Below are positions 60,047 to 64,000 of a stretch of DNA of 64,000 nt, in pieces. Position numbers and translations under genes: made by a program. Source of the DNA: a virus. Taxonomy: Duplodnaviria; Caudoviricetes. Location: the IMG/VR virus record IMGVR_UViG_3300036770_007283; one strand, written 5' to 3'. The notes beneath the pieces are model-generated. The model saw nothing but the letters and a program-made list of their open reading frames with translations, searched no databases and was not told the DNA's origin. The first letter of the stretch is position 1. Each line of letters starts with the position of its first letter.

Positions 60047-61624
60047 CTATGTAAAAATAATTCTGTTGGTAGACATCATGGCATCTTGAACATGATTCTC
60101 TGCTTTATTTCTACGTGCAGCAGGGATAACACGACCTTTCTCGTCAAAGGTAACCTTGCTAACTGGTAGTCCTAATTTTGGACAATATAGTTCAACAGAA
60201 GTTGGAACTTTAATTAAGTCACCACGATCATAAGCTTCTTTTATCATTTGCTTGCGAATAGATGTATCAGAAGAGTGTTTTAGTAATTGTGTAAATTGTT
60301 CAAATGCTACGGCAAACTTGTCAGAACCAAATCTTTTTCCAATTACATCAAGAACGTCTTCTGCAATCTTATAGTCCTTGGTTGCTACACCATCAATCAT
60401 CTTGTCCATTAGCTGCTGATAACTCATTGAACCAAGTGGACCTTCATCTCTAGCAATCTTTACAGACTGATGTGTTGATGATAATGAGTCAGCAAATCTT
60501 TCAAAGCCTTCCTTGGAAAAGTCAAAGATAACTTCTTCTTTTGAAGTGGCTTTGGTTGCAAACTTTCTAGGCAACATAATGGCGGGGCCCTTTATTTCTA
60601 CTGGTACTTCTATCCTGCTTTTACCTAATCTAGTAGGAATATCAGCAGAAAGAATTAAACCACGTTCATTAGAGCTTGCAACTTTAATATCTGCTCTGGG
60701 AATATTAAAACTGGAAAGTTCTGCTGATAAAGTATTTATTGCCATATTGACTTGGCTTGTGCTGAATTTAGAAGCAGCGGCAACCAAGGAGCTTTCTAGT
60801 CTTTCCAGGTCTTCAAAGCCGGCAGGTAGGGCGACTTGCTTTTCTTCTAGGATGCTTTCGCCGGTACCACGCTCTGAGGCAAACTTTCTATTAGCTCTAT
60901 CATTGCCATCTTTTTCTGATTCTCTGATTGCAGTATACAAAGAAGTAGAATCTAGATTGACGGTTTCACCACCTAAGATAATTAGGTTAGGCTCCTTGGT
61001 TACGCCATCGCTAATTTGAACTGGGATTAAGGCTGAAGCCTTCTTCATTCCGGTGGTCTTATAATTGGCAGAACAGAGTGCAAAGTGTTCGTTTGCATGA
61101 ACAACGTCAACTCCCTCTGGTGTATGACCCAAGCCACTTAGCTTTGCCATTACAGCCTTTTGAATTGACTTATCTTTACCAGGCTTAAAAGTTCCAAAAG
61201 AAGAATCGCCGCCCAAAGAAAATAAAACAGAGAATGCATTAGACAATTCTGATTCTTTGTGGAGGGGCTGCACATTCTTTTCTTCCATAGTTCTTAGATT
61301 AGAACCAGGGTAGGCAACCTTGGCGAACTGACGGCTATCAGGAAGCAAATCACCTAAGGATTCGCGGAATCCAGTATGTCCACCAGATAATCCATACATC
61401 CTGTCATATAGGCTGCCAATTTCTTTTTGATTAATAAATTCTTTATTGCTAGCAACTTTGGATAGAACATCACGCATGTTGCCAATTAATTGATCGGTAG
61501 GATGTTTTTCCGCAGCTTTTTCAAGTCTTGCAACGACATAATTAATTGGGTAACTCTGGCCTTCTTCAAGCCTATTTATTATTGAGCTAGCTTCTTTGAG
61601 TATATTTTTAATTTCTTTGCTCAT
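60047..61624 (-). CDS. Head-module protein, 525 aa
   Basis: Long ORF with an AAGGG RBS and codon bias like the other structural genes. Confidence 0.75.
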   Translation of the reverse strand: MSKEIKNILKEASSIINRLEEGQSYPINYVVARLEKAAEKHPTDQLIGNMRDVLSKVASNKEFINQKEIGSLYDRMYGLSGGHTGFRESLGDLLPDSRQFAKVAYPGSNLRTMEEKNVQPLHKESELSNAFSVLFSLGGDSSFGTFKPGKDKSIQKAVMAKLSGLGHTPEGVDVVHANEHFALCSANYKTTGMKKASALIPVQISDGVTKEPNLIILGGETVNLDSTSLYTAIRESEKDGNDRANRKFASERGTGESILEEKQVALPAGFEDLERLESSLVAAASKFSTSQVNMAINTLSAELSSFNIPRADIKVASSNERGLILSADIPTRLGKSRIEVPVEIKGPAIMLPRKFATKATSKEEVIFDFSKEGFERFADSLSSTHQSVKIARDEGPLGSMSYQQLMDKMIDGVATKDYKIAEDVLDVIGKRFGSDKFAVAFEQFTQLLKHSSDTSIRKQMIKEAYDRGDLIKVPTSVELYCPKLGLPVSKVTFDEKGRVIPAARRNKAENHVQDAMMSTNRIIFT

Positions 61625-61627
61625 TTT

Positions 61628-62137
61628 TTACCCTTTTATAATCTTTCTTAATTCTGGAAACTCACTCATTAGAGCCAAACGCTTTGACTCCGGTTGTTCC
61701 ATTAATACATCCTTAACGAAAGTTTCATCATTAACATTTTCAAGTAAAGCAGTTTTGAAAGTAAAAATACTTTCTTTGTCAAATCCGAAGTTATCAGATG
61801 AGAATCTGGCAATAGGCACCTTCTTATAAGAAAGTGTGATATCGCTTTTGTCATAGCTGCTAACTACCGTCCAGTCTCCACGACCTTCGCTTTCATACTG
61901 GGGGTCAGAAGCTCTGATGAGGTAGGGCTTTCCTTCTACTTCAGAAACGGCCCATAATCCATTGTAAGGATCATCACTATGACGATAGACATCAAAGGCT
62001 ACCTTCTTAATAACACCGTCATCTTCTAAGCTCTTAGAATAAGCAATCTTGTCTTGGTCGCCCAAACTAGGTGCATTTCTTTTTACTACTTCTTCCAAGA
62101 CTTTATCTATGTTTGCCAAATATTTTTCTTTAGACAT
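61628..62137 (-). CDS. Head-module protein, 169 aa
   Basis: GAGG RBS; IKKVAFDVY motif. Confidence 0.7.
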   Translation of the reverse strand: MSKEKYLANIDKVLEEVVKRNAPSLGDQDKIAYSKSLEDDGVIKKVAFDVYRHSDDPYNGLWAVSEVEGKPYLIRASDPQYESEGRGDWTVVSSYDKSDITLSYKKVPIARFSSDNFGFDKESIFTFKTALLENVNDETFVKDVLMEQPESKRLALMSEFPELRKIIKG

Positions 62138-62165
62138 TATACGCCTCTACTTAAATTTTCAATGT

Positions 62166-62174
62166 TATTAATAG
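62166..62174 (-). promoter_or_regulatory. Candidate late-promoter motif CTATTAATA at the start of the head module
   Basis: Intergenic exact copy, 29 nt upstream of the ATG at 62137. Confidence 0.4.
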
Positions 62175-62188
62175 AAATTTGCCCCGTT

Positions 62189-62623
62189 TCATTCCCCAGA
62201 GCCAACTTTGCTTTCTTCAATTCTTTTCAAAATATCCTTAATCTTCTTATTGTTTCTGCAAGCCTTTCTTAATTTTTTAATAATTCCGCCATATCTTTTT
62301 TTATCATTTTTATAGTCAATATTCCCGTGCATGGCTTTATGAACAGCAGATTGTGTAATACCAAGATGATCAGCTATTTCATTTTGTGTCTTACCCATAA
62401 GCCTCATAAGTAATATTTTTTTCTGATGTTCTGTTAAAAAATCACCATGCACAACATCATAAATTTCTTCTAGCAAATTTTCCTTTAAATCTTCAATCCT
62501 TTCGTCTACTTCATTTTCTGACAAAATATGGTGAATTCCCCTTTCGACAGGAAAATTGTTTAATTTATTTTGCTCAAAAGAGATCTCTACAATCTTATAT
62601 TGATATAGTTTGCTTTTATTCAT
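62189..62623 (-). CDS. Sigma-70 region-4/LuxR-like HTH protein, 144 aa
   Basis: LTEHQKKILLMRLMGKTQNEIADHLGITQSAVHKAM. Confidence 0.75.
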   Translation of the reverse strand: MNKSKLYQYKIVEISFEQNKLNNFPVERGIHHILSENEVDERIEDLKENLLEEIYDVVHGDFLTEHQKKILLMRLMGKTQNEIADHLGITQSAVHKAMHGNIDYKNDKKRYGGIIKKLRKACRNNKKIKDILKRIEESKVGSGE

Positions 62624-63391
62624 TTAGCCTTCCCAATTAGGTATATAAGGTTCTAAGTCACTTAAGAATGACTTCTGGGTGCCGCCATTAGCAAAATATT
62701 CATCAACATCTTTGCAGCCCTTGGGTAATAATAAAAATCTTAACTTTATACCGTTATTGGAATATTTGGTAGCAATTCTTTTCATTGAATTTTGACCACC
62801 ATCATCCCGGTCTAGTATGAAAGTTATCTTGGAAGTATATCGTGCTAGTTTTAAGAAATGATTCTTAGAAAAAGCAGTTCCACAAATGGCAACGGAATTC
62901 TTAATACCATTAGAATCTAACGCTATATGATCAAAATATCCCTCTACAACAAAAGCATTTTGTTCTTTTAATAAAGATGCCCTAGAGTTATTAAGCCCAT
63001 AAAGAAAGTTAGCCTTTTTAAAGCTACTGTTTTTATACTTTGGTAACTCTAGGACACTCCGTTGTGTGTCTGGTAAAAGCGTTCTACCACCAATACCAAC
63101 TGGATCTCCATATTCAGAATAAATTGGAAATATTAAATAAAAAAATTCTGAGAACCGACTGGTCTCAGAATAGTCTATAATATTAAGCTTCTGCATTACA
63201 CTAGGTGATACAAACCTGGTAAGCTTAGAAGTGTTCTGTGGAAAGTAACCTAGGCCATATTTTATAATAGCCTCATCAGCAAGGCCCCTTTTATTTTTTA
63301 AATAATTAGCGCATTCTTCTGAATTTTTTAGGTTATCTTGGCAGATCTTTACTAACTTCTTTAGTTCATCAGTTACATCATTTGAAGTCAT
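62624..63391 (-). CDS. dnaG: DnaG-like primase catalytic core (Toprim) lacking the Zn-binding domain, 255 aa
   Basis: YLKNKRGL, LIFPI..VGIGGR, PKYKNS, LYGL, VVEGYFD, CGTA, LDRDDGG, KDVDE. Confidence 0.9.
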   Translation of the reverse strand: MTSNDVTDELKKLVKICQDNLKNSEECANYLKNKRGLADEAIIKYGLGYFPQNTSKLTRFVSPSVMQKLNIIDYSETSRFSEFFYLIFPIYSEYGDPVGIGGRTLLPDTQRSVLELPKYKNSSFKKANFLYGLNNSRASLLKEQNAFVVEGYFDHIALDSNGIKNSVAICGTAFSKNHFLKLARYTSKITFILDRDDGGQNSMKRIATKYSNNGIKLRFLLLPKGCKDVDEYFANGGTQKSFLSDLEPYIPNWEG

Positions 63392-63394
63392 TAA

Positions 63395-63775
63395 TTACTC
63401 CAATTCTTCTTGGTAAGTTTCTGTTTCTTCAAGATTAGATTCTTTTAGCTTATTAAGATCTTTCATAGCTGAAATAATAAACTTAGATACATTAAAATTG
63501 CAATCTTGATCACAATTTAATCCAGAAAGTTTGTTTTCTTCCAGGCAGGTTTCTACCTTTTTATTACAAGTTGTACAATCAAACTGAAAAGGCTTTCTCT
63601 TATCTAGACGAACAATATCGCCACGCTGTTTCATGCTTAATTTTACAAATTTTGATACTGGAACTATTTTTGAACAAAATTCACAAATTACTTCATCCAA
63701 ATCGACATCTAATGAGGCATTTGTTGTAATTCTTTTTCCAGGACAACCAGGTAGACAATTAATAAGCATTATCAC
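63395..63775 (-). CDS. Cys-rich putative Zn-ribbon protein, 126 aa
   Basis: CxxxC, CEFC, CTTC and CxxxC pairs. Confidence 0.65.
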   Translation of the reverse strand: MIMLINCLPGCPGKRITTNASLDVDLDEVICEFCSKIVPVSKFVKLSMKQRGDIVRLDKRKPFQFDCTTCNKKVETCLEENKLSGLNCDQDCNFNVSKFIISAMKDLNKLKESNLEETETYQEELE

Positions 63776-63782
63776 TCTCCCA

Positions 63783-63791
63783 TATTAATAG
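63783..63791 (-). promoter_or_regulatory. Candidate promoter motif CTATTAATA
   Basis: Exact copy between the recA stop and the GGGAGAG RBS of 63775. Confidence 0.3.
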
Positions 63792-63793
63792 AA

Positions 63794-64000
63794 TTAAAAA
63801 ATCTCTTCCGCAGTTTCTGGAAATTTTTCTTCACGACCTTCGCCATCAATAGTTACATCGCCGCCATCCATATAAGCAGACCTTACCTTTTCTTCAATTA
63901 AAGAAAGGTTGCTATTGACAAAATCTAAAGCAAGCTCTCTAGAAGATAGCTTTTCGCCCTCTACAACGTAAGTTCTATTATTGGGACGTTCGATAATTCC
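63794..64000 (-). CDS. recA: RecA C-terminal fragment (partial, begins outside the window); not in the ORF track
   Basis: Hand translation GIIERPNNRTYVVEGEKLSSRELALDFVNSNLSLIEEKVRSAY...EEIF* resembles the RecA C-terminal domain, including the acidic tail. Confidence 0.6.
   Translation of the reverse strand, partial: GIIERPNNRTYVVEGEKLSSRELALDFVNSNLSLIEEKVRSAYMDGGDVTIDGEGREEKFPETAEEIF

Noticed and set aside
62135-62165. TTGAAA-N15-TATAAT as a sigma70 promoter for a leaderless mRNA
   Set aside because: The spacer is too short, a GAGG RBS is present, and TATAATG recurs at several starts as an AT-rich RBS spacer.
800-62272. The many short plus-strand and nested minus-strand ORFs in the track
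   Set aside because: They lie antisense to or inside long minus-strand genes, lack a clear RBS and have shadow-frame composition. The minus-strand genes already tile the window.
1-64000. Stop-codon reassignment (TAG or TGA recoded), as in some large phages
   Set aside because: Genes are full length under the standard code, and both TAG (11783, 41535) and TGA (10808, and 14540 with an ATGA overlap) act as stops.
1-64000. CRISPR array, tRNA, rRNA or sizeable ncRNA
   Set aside because: Intergenic gaps are at most about 150 nt and are explained by terminators, promoters and RBSs. I saw no repeat-spacer periodicity or cloverleaf.

Overview
The window is 64 kb of an AT-rich jumbo-type contractile-tailed (myovirus) phage genome. 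Every supportable gene is on the minus strand, tightly packed, with Shine-Dalgarno-like motifs and the standard genetic code. In transcription order (right to left) it holds: the end of recA, a Cys-rich protein, a DnaG-like primase core and a sigma-region-4-like HTH protein; a large head module (about 20 uncharacterised proteins, a CCA/poly(A)-polymerase-family nucleotidyltransferase, TerL with a 357-aa LAGLIDADG intein, portal, prohead protease-scaffold fusion, two decoration-like paralogues, major capsid protein); neck genes, two membrane proteins and a DNA methyltransferase; two paralogous tailspike-like proteins; tail completion, sheath and tube genes; a degenerate HNH gene; a tail assembly chaperone with a canonical -1 frameshift signal; tape measure; baseplate hub and spike-like genes; and an uncalled ORF of at least 1177 aa running off the left edge. 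The most interesting signals are (1) a recurring hydrophobic-x-K-x-A motif at N-termini and domain borders of head-module proteins, suggesting a protease-processed head polyprotein system, (2) a helical module shared by several of those proteins, and (3) the programmed frameshift, whose -1 frame is missing from the ORF track. I saw no tRNA, rRNA or CRISPR array. All product calls come from motif recognition by eye; no database search was run.
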